Made by a program: the position numbers and the translations under genes. A model generated the notes under the pieces. It did not search any database, was not told where the DNA came from, and worked only from the letters and a program-made list of their open reading frames with translations. Of a DNA stretch of 64,000 nucleotides, positions 10,251 to 18,287 are shown piece by piece. Origin of the DNA: Longimicrobiales bacterium (GTDB taxonomy: Bacteria > Gemmatimonadota > Gemmatimonadetes > Longimicrobiales > RSA9). The stretch spans positions 5,622 through 69,621 of the forward strand of contig DASVDH010000062.1 in assembly GCA_036381195.1 (NCBI GenBank), read 5' to 3'. Numbering within the stretch: the first letter of the stretch is position 1; each line of letters starts with the position of its first letter.

Positions 10251-12530
10251 TCATCTCGCCCGGCGCGGTTGGCTCGCGCGCCCCGCCACCACCTCGAACC
10301 GCGCCTCCCGCACGTCCACCGAGCTGCCGCCCACGTAGACCTTGAAGAAGCCCGGCTCGATGACGGGCCGCAGGTCCGGTCCGTAGAAGGCGAGGTCGTC
10401 CGGCGTCAGCGTGAACGAGACCGTCCGCGTCTCCCCCGGCCGCAGCGTGATGCGCCGGAAGCCGCGCAGCTCCTTGACCGGCCGCGTCACGCTCGCCACC
10501 TCGTCCTGGATGTAGAGCTGCACGACCTCATCGCCCGCGCGCGTGCCCGTGTTCGTCACCGCGACCTCGACCCGCAGGCTGTCCGCCATGCCGATCCGCT
10601 CCGCGGCGAGCCGCGGCGCGCCGTACGCGAACGTCGTGTAGCTCAGGCCGTGGCCGAACGGGTACAGCGGCGTCCACGGTACGTCGAGGTACTTGGACGT
10701 GTACTTGCTCGCCTCCGAAGGCGGGCGCCCCGTGTTCTTGTGGTTGTAATAGATGGGCACCTGACCGGCCGCGCGCGGGAACGTGACCGGCAGCTTTCCG
10801 CCCGGATTGAAGTCCCCGAACAGCACGTCCGCCACGGCCGGGCCGGCCTGCACGCCCGGGAACCACGCCTCGAGGATCGCCGGCACGTTGGCAGCCAGCC
10901 AGGGGATCGAGAGCGGGCGGCCGTTCATCAGGACGACGACGACCGGCGTGCCCGTCGCGTGCACCCGCTGCGCGAGCGCGAGCTGCACGCCGGGCAGGTC
11001 CAGCGACGTGCGGCTCGCGGCCTCCCCGCTCAGCTCGTGGCTCTCGCCCAGCACCAGCACCACCGCGTCCGCGCGGCGCGCGACGGCGACCGCCTCCGCG
11101 AACCCGCTGGTGTCCGTCCCGAGCACCTCCGCGCCCTTCGCGTACAGCACTTCGGTCCCCGGCCCCACCGCGGCGCGGATGCCCTCGAGCACCGTGACCG
11201 CGTCCTCGGCCCGGCCCGCAGCCGCCCAGGGGCCGAGCATCGCGCGCTCTTCATCTGCCAGCGGGCCGATCACGGCCAGCGTGCGCAGGTCCTTGCGCAG
11301 CGGTAGGGCGCCGCCCTCGTTCTTCAGCAGCACCATCGACTTCCGGGCCATCTCGCGCGCCGCCGCGAGGTGCTCCCGCGTCAGCGTGAGCGCGCGCTCG
11401 CGCGCGGGGTCGCTGTAGCGGTACGGGTCCTCGAACAGCCCGAGCCGGTACTTCGCCCGGAGCACGCGGCGCACGGCGTCGTCCACCTCCGCTTCGGAGA
11501 CCTTGCCCGCTCGCACGGCATCCGCCAGCTCGTCCAGGTAGATGCCGCTCACCATGTCCACGTCCACGCCCGCGCGCAGCGCGAGGACGACGGCATCCTC
11601 GCGCGTCGCCGCCACGCCGTGCGGCATCAGCTCGAGGATGCCCGTGTAGTCGCTGATGACGACGCCGTCGAAGCCCCACTCGCGCCGCAGCACCTCGCGG
11701 ATGAGGTGCCGGTTCGCGTGCATCGGGATGCCGGCCACCTCGTTGAACGCGGCCATGATGGCCTGCGCGCCCGCCTCGACCGCCGCCCGGAACGGCGGCA
11801 GGTAGACCTCGAGCAGCGTCCGCTCCGAGACGTCCACCGTGTTGTAGTCGCGCCCCGCCTCCGCGGCGCCGTACGCCACGAAGTGCTTCGCCGTCGCCAG
11901 CATCGTGTTCGGCGCGGCGAGGTCCGTGCCCTGGAACCCGCGCACGCGCGCGGCCGCCATCACGGCGCCGAGATAGGGGTCCTCGCCCGCGCCCTCGACG
12001 ACGCGGCCCCAACGCGCGTCCCGCGCGATGTCCACCATCGGCGCGTAGTTCCAGTGGACGCCGTGCGCCGTCGCCTCGATGGCGGCGATGCGCGCCGCGC
12101 GCTCGACGGCCTCCGGGTCCCAGCTCGCCGCCTCCGCCAGCGGCACCGGGAAGATGGTGCGGAAGCCGTGGATGACGTCGTGCGCGAAGAGCAGCGGGAT
12201 GCCGAGCCGCGACTCCTCGACGGCGATGCGCTGGAGCTCCCGCGTGTACGCCGCGCCGAAGACGCCCAGGAACGAGCCGACCCTGCCGGCCCGGATCTCG
12301 GCCACCCCTTCCTCGGGGACCCGCGGGCCGGAGTCGGTCCCGCGTGCCGTCCCCTGCGTGAGCTGCCCGAGCTTCTCCTCGAGCGTCATGCGCGCAAGGA
12401 GCGACTCGACGAACGCGTCTTCCGCGGCGCGCGTCGTCTGCGCCGCCACCCCGCTCCAGGCCCCCACGCCGAGCAACAAGGCCAGCGCGACCAGGCCGCC
12501 GACCGGCCTGATCGCCGGGCGCCTCCTCAT
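10251..12530 (-). CDS. bglX: Periplasmic GH3 beta-glucosidase (BglX type)
   Basis: Motifs MTLEEKLGQL, DVIHG, RWGR.EGAGEDP, AKHF, VISDY (nucleophile), SGEAASR and a C-terminal Fn3-like ELRGFRRI. RBS AGGAGG before ATG 12530. Confidence 0.93.
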   Translation of the reverse strand: MRRRPAIRPVGGLVALALLLGVGAWSGVAAQTTRAAEDAFVESLLARMTLEEKLGQLTQGTARGTDSGPRVPEEGVAEIRAGRVGSFLGVFGAAYTRELQRIAVEESRLGIPLLFAHDVIHGFRTIFPVPLAEAASWDPEAVERAARIAAIEATAHGVHWNYAPMVDIARDARWGRVVEGAGEDPYLGAVMAAARVRGFQGTDLAAPNTMLATAKHFVAYGAAEAGRDYNTVDVSERTLLEVYLPPFRAAVEAGAQAIMAAFNEVAGIPMHANRHLIREVLRREWGFDGVVISDYTGILELMPHGVAATREDAVVLALRAGVDVDMVSGIYLDELADAVRAGKVSEAEVDDAVRRVLRAKYRLGLFEDPYRYSDPARERALTLTREHLAAAREMARKSMVLLKNEGGALPLRKDLRTLAVIGPLADEERAMLGPWAAAGRAEDAVTVLEGIRAAVGPGTEVLYAKGAEVLGTDTSGFAEAVAVARRADAVVLVLGESHELSGEAASRTSLDLPGVQLALAQRVHATGTPVVVVLMNGRPLSIPWLAANVPAILEAWFPGVQAGPAVADVLFGDFNPGGKLPVTFPRAAGQVPIYYNHKNTGRPPSEASKYTSKYLDVPWTPLYPFGHGLSYTTFAYGAPRLAAERIGMADSLRVEVAVTNTGTRAGDEVVQLYIQDEVASVTRPVKELRGFRRITLRPGETRTVSFTLTPDDLAFYGPDLRPVIEPGFFKVYVGGSSVDVREARFEVVAGRASQPRRAR

Positions 12531-12585
12531 ACTGCATCCTCCTGAAGGGGATGGATGGAGCCTCGTTCGCCCCTTGCCGATGGAT

Positions 12586-13623
12586 CTATGGGCCGCGGGC
12601 GCCCCCTTCAGCACCCGTGCAGCCGCACGACCGGCGCACGACCACCGTCGCCGGCAACGTCTCGCGCTGGCGCGGCCGGGGCCGCGGTCCCGCCCCCGGG
12701 ACCAGCGCATCCACCAGCATCCCGACCGCCCGCGCGCCCAGTTCCCGGATCGCCACGTGCGCCGTGGTGAGCGGGGGGATCGTGTACCGCGTCGATGACA
12801 CGTCGTCGAAGCCAGCCAGGGCCATCTCCTCCGGAACCGCGATGCCGGCGTCTCGCAGCGCGCTCAGCGCGCCGAATGCCATCGCGTCGTTCGCCGCGAA
12901 GATCGCCGTCGGCCGCGGGTCCATCCGCAGCACGGCCTCCGCACCCCGGTAGCCCGACTCGCCCGTGAAGTCGCCCGGGATCTCCAGCTCCTGGCGCCAC
13001 GGGACACCGGCCGCCGCGAGCGCGGTACGGTAGCCGCGCAAGCGCTCCTCCGCGTCGTGGTTCCGCTCCGGCCCCTTCAGGATCGCCACCCGCTCGTGCC
13101 CGTGGGACAGCAGGTGCTCCACCACCTGGCGCGCCCCCCCGTGGTTGTCCACGGTGAGCGCGTCGAAGGCGCCGTCCGCGAGCGGCGAGCTCAGCAGCAC
13201 CACCGGCACGTTGCGCGGCAGCATCGGCTTCAGCACGCCGGCTTCCACCATGGGCGCCATCACGACGAGGCCGTCCACCCGGCCACGCATCCCCCGCAGC
13301 GCCGCCTCGATCTCGCTCGCCGCATCGTGCGAGCTCGAGACGAGCAGATGATAGCCTCCCGCCTGCGCCGCGCCGTCGATGCCGCGGATGAGCTCGGAGA
13401 AGAACTCGCCGAACAGGTCCGGCAACAGCACGCCCAGCATCCCCGTCCGCCGGCTGATCAGACTCCGCGCCGCGCTGTTCGGCGCGTAGTTCAGCTCCCG
13501 CGCCGCCTGCTCGATGCGTCGGCGCGTTTCCTCCCGCACCGGCCCGCTCCGGTTCAATGCACGGGACACCGTCGCCACGGACACTCCGGCCCGCCGGGCC
13601 ACATCCCAGATGGTCACGGTCAT
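12586..13623 (-). CDS. LacI-family transcriptional regulator
   Basis: N-terminal HTH TIWDVARRAGVSVATVSRALN, hinge YAPNSAARSL and periplasmic-binding-like domain (ANDAMA, GFDD, PPLTT). Confidence 0.95.
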   Translation of the reverse strand: MTVTIWDVARRAGVSVATVSRALNRSGPVREETRRRIEQAARELNYAPNSAARSLISRRTGMLGVLLPDLFGEFFSELIRGIDGAAQAGGYHLLVSSSHDAASEIEAALRGMRGRVDGLVVMAPMVEAGVLKPMLPRNVPVVLLSSPLADGAFDALTVDNHGGARQVVEHLLSHGHERVAILKGPERNHDAEERLRGYRTALAAAGVPWRQELEIPGDFTGESGYRGAEAVLRMDPRPTAIFAANDAMAFGALSALRDAGIAVPEEMALAGFDDVSSTRYTIPPLTTAHVAIRELGARAVGMLVDALVPGAGPRPRPRQRETLPATVVVRRSCGCTGAEGGARGP

Positions 13624-13789
13624 CGGCGGCACGGGCTGAGGTGCCGGCGGGACCGCGCCGCGACCGGACGCACGCGCGCACAACCGCCCGGCCGGCGGCC
13701 CGGCGAACGGGCCGGCCGGCCCACCGGAAGCGCTCTGGCTGAACGGCGGGCCATGCCCATACACACACAGGAGCGGCGATCGGACGGAT

Positions 13790-13838
13790 TGGAAACGTTT
13801 ACGGGCACACTGTAATCGTTTCCACTCCCGCCTGTCAA
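13790..13838 (-). promoter_or_regulatory. sigma70 promoter (TTGACA-N18-TACAGT) with two overlapping LacI-type operators
   Basis: Plus-strand TGGAAACGTTTACG (13790-13803) and TGTAATCGTTTCCA (13811-13824) match the LacI-family TGxAAxCGxTTxCA pattern. -35 lies at 13833-13838 and -10 at 13809-13814 on the minus strand. Confidence 0.75.
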
Positions 13839-13839
13839 G

Positions 13840-13864
13840 AGACCTCACGGCAGACCTCACGGCA
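13840..13864. repeat. Perfect 12-bp tandem duplication AGACCTCACGGC
   Basis: Copies at 13840-13851 and 13852-13863, immediately upstream of the lacI -35 box. Confidence 0.8.
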
Positions 13865-14253
13865 ACCCGCCGTGCCACCGGCGCAGCCCGGCGGACCTCG
13901 CCCGGGCGCGGGCGTACGCTGGACCCGTTTCGCGTAAGTCATTGTGCGCCTTGATGAAGCACATTTCTTGCGTCTATCCGCCGCGCTCCCCAGGACACAC
14001 CGCTTCGCTCCGCAGGACCGGCCGCCCCAGGGCGGCGCAGCCACAGGCCGATCCGCGACGCGGCGGCCACGCACCGCCCCCGGCGCGCACGGGCACCCCG
14101 CCGGCCCTTTGCGGGAAACGGAGTCGTCGAGAGGACGTCGAGCGTGAGGAGGCGCCCGGACTTCGCAACGACCAGAGCGAACGCAGGACCCGCGTCTCAC
14201 CCTCGGGCCCCGACAGGCCCGCGGCCGTTTCAGAAGTCAGCCTGGTGAATCCG

Positions 14254-15243
14254 ATGCAGGAAGAGTTGGTCACGCAATCCACCCGTTATGTCCGCTGGCT
14301 ATTTCGGCGGTTTCGGACCCATGTGTTCGTCCCCGACGACCTCGCCGAGGACATCCTCGCCGAGGGCTACCTGGGGCTCGTCGCCGCCGCCCGCCGCTAC
14401 GACCCCGGCCGGGGCTCGTTCTTCGCCTTCGCGAAGAAGTTCGTCTGGGGCCATATGCTGGATGGCCTGTGCCGCTTCAACGACATCCCTGCCGAGGTGC
14501 TCCGCCGCCACCTCCGGATCCGGACGCAGCGCGAGAAGCTGCATGCCTCGCTCGGCCGGGAGCCGACGATCCGCGAGCTCGCCAACGCCGTGGGCTGCAG
14601 GGAGAGCACGCTCCGGCGCACGCTGTTCTGGGTCGAGGCGCGGACGTTCGTCTCGGCGGACGAGCCCGTTCGCCACGATGCGGACGACGCCGTCACGCTG
14701 GGCGAGATGCTGCCGGACCCGGCCGATCCCGAGGGGACGCTGGACCGGTCGCAGGCGCTGCAGCTCGTCCTTGGCGCCTGCGATCCCGTGCAGCGCTTCG
14801 TGCTGGTCAAGCACTACCTCGAGGATCGCGACCTGGCGCGGTTGACCGGCCCGACGGGGCAGACGGTGACCGAGCTGCAACGTCTGCTGGACACGACCCT
14901 CACCGGGCTACGCAAGCGCTTCGGCACGCCGGCGCCGGCCCGGAAGCTCGACCGGCTGCCGGGCTCCTTCCCGCGCGAGCGTTTCTGGCGGAACGTGCGC
15001 AAGACCGACGGTTGCTGGATCTGGACGGGCACGGTGACGCGGCAGGGCTACGGTCAGTTCTCGGAGAAGCGTGGCGGGCGTTGGGTCCATCATCTGGCGC
15101 ACCGGGCGAGCTGGCTCCTGCAGCATGACGGGATCGGGCCGGGCCGCGCCGTCGTGCAGACGTGCGGCAACCGGCTGTGCGTGCGGCCGGAGCACCTGAT
15201 GACCAGGGCCAAGCGGAAGGCGAAGCGCATGCAGGTAGCGTGA
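14254..15243 (+). CDS. FliA/WhiG-like sigma-70 factor fused to a C-terminal degenerate HNH (His-Me/HNH_3-type) domain
   Basis: Region 2 EDILAEGYLGLVAAARRYDPGRGSFFAFA, region 3 LGREPTIRELANAVG, and a divergent region 4. The C-terminus RFWRNVRKTDGCWIWTG..GYG..AHRASW..VVQTCGNRLCVRPEHL matches phage HNH_3 endonucleases. Start taken as ATG 14254 (GTG 14245 is possible). Confidence 0.85.
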   Translation: MQEELVTQSTRYVRWLFRRFRTHVFVPDDLAEDILAEGYLGLVAAARRYDPGRGSFFAFAKKFVWGHMLDGLCRFNDIPAEVLRRHLRIRTQREKLHASLGREPTIRELANAVGCRESTLRRTLFWVEARTFVSADEPVRHDADDAVTLGEMLPDPADPEGTLDRSQALQLVLGACDPVQRFVLVKHYLEDRDLARLTGPTGQTVTELQRLLDTTLTGLRKRFGTPAPARKLDRLPGSFPRERFWRNVRKTDGCWIWTGTVTRQGYGQFSEKRGGRWVHHLAHRASWLLQHDGIGPGRAVVQTCGNRLCVRPEHLMTRAKRKAKRMQVA

Positions 15244-15367
15244 CGGTGCGCGCGGGTTGCGCCCGCCGCGACCACCCTGGACTCCTACCTCCAGCTCCGG
15301 GTCAGGGACGTCCGCGGCACGGCTGGCCGGCCCCCCCCGGCGCCAGCCATGCGTCGCCTCCGCACGG

Positions 15368-15485
15368 GAGCCGGCCACGCGCGTCCCGCCGGCTCGCGGC
15401 GCGTCCAATCGGGAGTCCCTGCCCCCGCTGGCCGAGCATCGAGCCGGCCAGCGTGCCGCCGGCTCCCGACACGTCCAATCAGGAG
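15368..15485 (+). repeat. Two-copy non-coding motif: hairpin GAGCCGGC...GCCGGCTC + N6 + CGTCCAATC(G/A)GGAG
   Basis: Copy 1 at 15368-15415 and copy 2 at 15441-15485 have identical stem arms, identical spacing and an identical CGTCCAATC core. Confidence 0.75.
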
Positions 15486-15533
15486 CCCGCGAACCGGGCC
15501 CCGACCCCCACCGGGCGAGCGAGGGGGCGAGCA

Positions 15534-15563
15534 TTGACACCGGGCGCCCCCGAGTTCCATTCT
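15534..15563 (+). promoter_or_regulatory. Putative sigma70 promoter TTGACA-N18-CATTCT
   Basis: Perfect -35 in a GC-rich background, about 105 bp upstream of ATG 15668. Confidence 0.55.
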
Positions 15564-15667
15564 GTTGACGACATTCGCCGACAGAAGCACCCGCTTTGAC
15601 CGCGGCGTCCGTCCGGCACGGTGCGTCTGGTGCGGGACGGGAAGCCGCCCGCCGTCGGAGGTCGCAG

Positions 15668-16702
15668 ATGCGGTCCCTTCCTGCCGCCTCGCGAGCCTCG
15701 GTTCGACCGGCGTGGGTCGCCGGCGTCGCCGCACTGGGCCTCGTCCTGGGCTGCGGAGAGTCTCGCGACCCGCTCGCGGCCGCCGGGGCGCGGATCGAGC
15801 TGCGGCTCGAGGGGGTGCCGCCGCTCGAGGCCGACCAGGGCCGCTACGCCGTGTGGTTGCTGGATGGCAGGGGCGCACCGCACCACGCGGGCGACCTCGC
15901 CCTCGGCGCAGACGGCCGCGGCGAAGTCGTGAGCCCCATCGGCGGCGTCCGCGCCATCGAGATCACGATCGAGCCGCCCGGCGATTCCGAGCCCGGCCCA
16001 TCGCCCCTGCGCCTGCTGCGCGGGCGGTTCCGCGGCGAGGTCGCGGAGCTCGAGATCGTCGACGCGGTGACCGCCGGCGGACAGCGGCTGCACGAGCAGC
16101 CCGGTCAATTCACGATGTTCACCCCCAGCGACAACTTCGAGAACGGCTACCCGTCCCACGAGGAGTCCGGGATCTGGTTGTTCAACGTGCGGCCGCGGGA
16201 GACGCCGCAGAACGACCACTGGGTCCGGCTCACGCCGCTGCGGGAGGGGTGGGTCTACGAGGGCTGGATGGTCCGCGATTACGGCCAGCCCGGCGAGATC
16301 TGGCTCTCTTACGGCAAGTTCCTGCCGGACCGCTTCGGCGCCGTCAGCAGCCGCGACGACACCGGCTGGGGCGCGTTCTCGGGTGTGGTCGACTTCCGCA
16401 CCGCCGGGCTCGAGGAGTTCCCCGGCGACGATTGGATCTCGAACCCGCTCGGGCTCCCCTTCCCGTCCGAGCTGTCCCTCCCGCTGAACCTGCGGGAGAA
16501 GACGGCGACGGGAGAGGACCGCTGGACGCACGTGATCACGGTCGAGCCCGCGACCGACCAGGGCGAGCCGATCGGCAGCGAGCGGCCGTTCTTCATCCGC
16601 CCCTACCGCGACCCGTTCGGGCAGGCCGGACCCGGCATGCCGCGCACGATCACGTTCAATCCAGAAGGGGTGCCGCGCGGCACCGCCCGCGTCCTGCCAT
16701 GA
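15668..16702 (+). CDS. Lipoprotein with two RskA-C-like ('anti-sigma factor'-annotated) beta domains
   Basis: RBS GGAGG and lipobox LVLGC. Repeats VPPLEADQGRYAVWL...IEITIEPPGDSEP and LTPLREGWVYEGWMV...VITVEP resemble the RskA C-terminal domain pattern. Confidence 0.65.
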   Translation: MRSLPAASRASVRPAWVAGVAALGLVLGCGESRDPLAAAGARIELRLEGVPPLEADQGRYAVWLLDGRGAPHHAGDLALGADGRGEVVSPIGGVRAIEITIEPPGDSEPGPSPLRLLRGRFRGEVAELEIVDAVTAGGQRLHEQPGQFTMFTPSDNFENGYPSHEESGIWLFNVRPRETPQNDHWVRLTPLREGWVYEGWMVRDYGQPGEIWLSYGKFLPDRFGAVSSRDDTGWGAFSGVVDFRTAGLEEFPGDDWISNPLGLPFPSELSLPLNLREKTATGEDRWTHVITVEPATDQGEPIGSERPFFIRPYRDPFGQAGPGMPRTITFNPEGVPRGTARVLP

Positions 16703-18240
16703 GCCGCGGCGACCGGGACGCCGGGGGCGGCCGGCCGGGCGGCCGGGCGGAAGCCGCCGCGATGTGGAGGAGACCTCGGCCGGGCCGTGCTGCCCGGGCG
16801 CGCGTGGCCGGCCAGCGTCCTGCCCTGGCGGGGTGGCCCGCGCCGCTTCTCCTCCCGCTCGCGCTGGCCTGGGGCGGGTGCGGCGGCGATTCGCTCGTCG
16901 GACCGGCGGAGACGCTCGAGCCGGATGCCGGGACGTGGCGCACGTGGGTGATCTCTGACGTCGCGGCGCTGAGGCCGCCCGCCCCGCCCGACTCCGCCGC
17001 GACGCAGGCCGAGCTGGAGGAGGTCCTCCGCCTTCAGGTCGGCCGGACGGCCGCCGACGAAGAGCTGATCGCCGCGTGGCGCAGCCCCACCGAGCCGTGG
17101 TCCGCGCTCGCCACCGAGATGCTGGAGCACTGGTGGCCGTTCCTGCCCGACGTGCAGATCGCGACGCCGGTGCGCGCGGCGCGCATCATGGCGCTCCTGC
17201 ACGTCGCGATGTACGACGCGATGGTGGCCGCATGGGCCGCCAAGTACCACTACCAGCGCCCGGCGCCCAGCCGTGCCTCGAGGCAGGTCGCGGCTCTGGC
17301 GCCGGACGCGGACAGGTTGCCCAGCTACCCATCCGAGCACGCGGCGGCGGCAGCCGCGGCGGCCGCCGTGCTCAGCTACGCCTTCCCACTGGATGACACC
17401 ACGCGCTTCCACGCGCTCGCGCGCGACGCCGGCCGCGCCCGTATCCTCGCCGGCGCCGCCTACCCGTCCGATGTCGAGGCCGGCGCCGCGCTCGGGCGCG
17501 CTGTCGCCGCGCAGGTGCTCGAGTGGGCAAGGACGGATGGATCCGACGAGCCCTGGACCGGCACCATCCCCGAGGGGCCGGGCATGTGGGAGCCGACGCC
17601 GCCACGGCGCTACCCCATGCCCCTCGACCCGCTGGCGGGGAGCTGGCGCACCTGGGTGCTGCCGACCGGCGGCGCGTTCCTGCCGGAGCCGCACCCGCCG
17701 ATCGACTCGCCGGAGTTCGAGCGGGATCTCCAGGAGGTCGTGGACGTGGGCGCCTCGCTCACCGACGAGCAGGCAGACATCGCCCGCGACTGGGCGACCG
17801 AGGCGCCGTCGCTGCGCTGGGAGCTCTTCATGGGCGAGGAGATCCAGCGCCGGCGGCTGAGCCCCATGCGGGCGATCCGCGCGCGTGCGCTCGCCAGCGT
17901 CGCCATGTACGACGCGTTCGTGGCCTGCTGGCACGCGAAGTACCACTACTGGCTCGCGCGCCCCGTCACCATGGCGCCCGGCTTCACGCCGCTGCTCAGC
18001 ACGCCCCCGTTCCCCAGCTACCCGTCGGGCCACTCGACCCAGTCGGCCGCCGCCGCGGAGGTCTTCGCCGAGCTGTTCCCGGATGCGGCGGCGAAGTACC
18101 ACGACTTGGCCGAGGAGGCCTCGATCTCGCGGCTCTATGGCGGCATCCACTACCGCTTCGACCTCGAGGCCGGCCACGAGCTGGGTCGTAAGGTCGGGCA
18201 GCTCGTCGTCGAACGGGCCCGCTCCGACGGCGCGCAGTAA
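16699..18240 (+). CDS. PAP2 / vanadium-dependent haloperoxidase-family lipoprotein with tandem duplicated domain
   Basis: ATGA overlap with the upstream gene. C-domain KYHYWLARP / PSYPSGH / SRLYGGIHY; N-domain KYHYQRPAP / PSYPSEH / ARILAGAAY. Lipobox-like AWGGC. Start could be 16762. Confidence 0.85.
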   Translation: MSRGDRDAGGGRPGGRAEAAAMWRRPRPGRAARARVAGQRPALAGWPAPLLLPLALAWGGCGGDSLVGPAETLEPDAGTWRTWVISDVAALRPPAPPDSAATQAELEEVLRLQVGRTAADEELIAAWRSPTEPWSALATEMLEHWWPFLPDVQIATPVRAARIMALLHVAMYDAMVAAWAAKYHYQRPAPSRASRQVAALAPDADRLPSYPSEHAAAAAAAAAVLSYAFPLDDTTRFHALARDAGRARILAGAAYPSDVEAGAALGRAVAAQVLEWARTDGSDEPWTGTIPEGPGMWEPTPPRRYPMPLDPLAGSWRTWVLPTGGAFLPEPHPPIDSPEFERDLQEVVDVGASLTDEQADIARDWATEAPSLRWELFMGEEIQRRRLSPMRAIRARALASVAMYDAFVACWHAKYHYWLARPVTMAPGFTPLLSTPPFPSYPSGHSTQSAAAAEVFAELFPDAAAKYHDLAEEASISRLYGGIHYRFDLEAGHELGRKVGQLVVERARSDGAQ

Positions 18241-18271
18241 CGGGTCGGGCAGCTAGTCGCTGCCCGACCCG
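18241..18271. terminator. Hairpin between convergent genes
   Basis: CGGGTCGGGCAGC-TAGTC-GCTGCCCGACCCG, a 13-bp perfect stem with no U-tract. Confidence 0.6.
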
Positions 18272-18287
18272 CCGCCCCTGCGCGTCC

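Noticed and set aside
14975..15243. Active homing endonuclease, intein or prophage marker
   Set aside because: Catalytic His and Asn are missing, there are no intein splice motifs, and there are no neighbouring phage, integrase or transposase genes.
15368..15485. Repeat pair as a CRISPR mini-array
   Set aside because: There are only two imperfect units with internal variation and no cas gene in the window. It is kept only as an unexplained motif.
15565..16698. 891-aa ORF suggesting a long N-terminal extension of the haloperoxidase (similar extensions on GH65, GHL10 and the permease frame from 24460)
   Set aside because: The extensions overlap real genes in other frames. Coupled or RBS-supported internal starts explain the data better.
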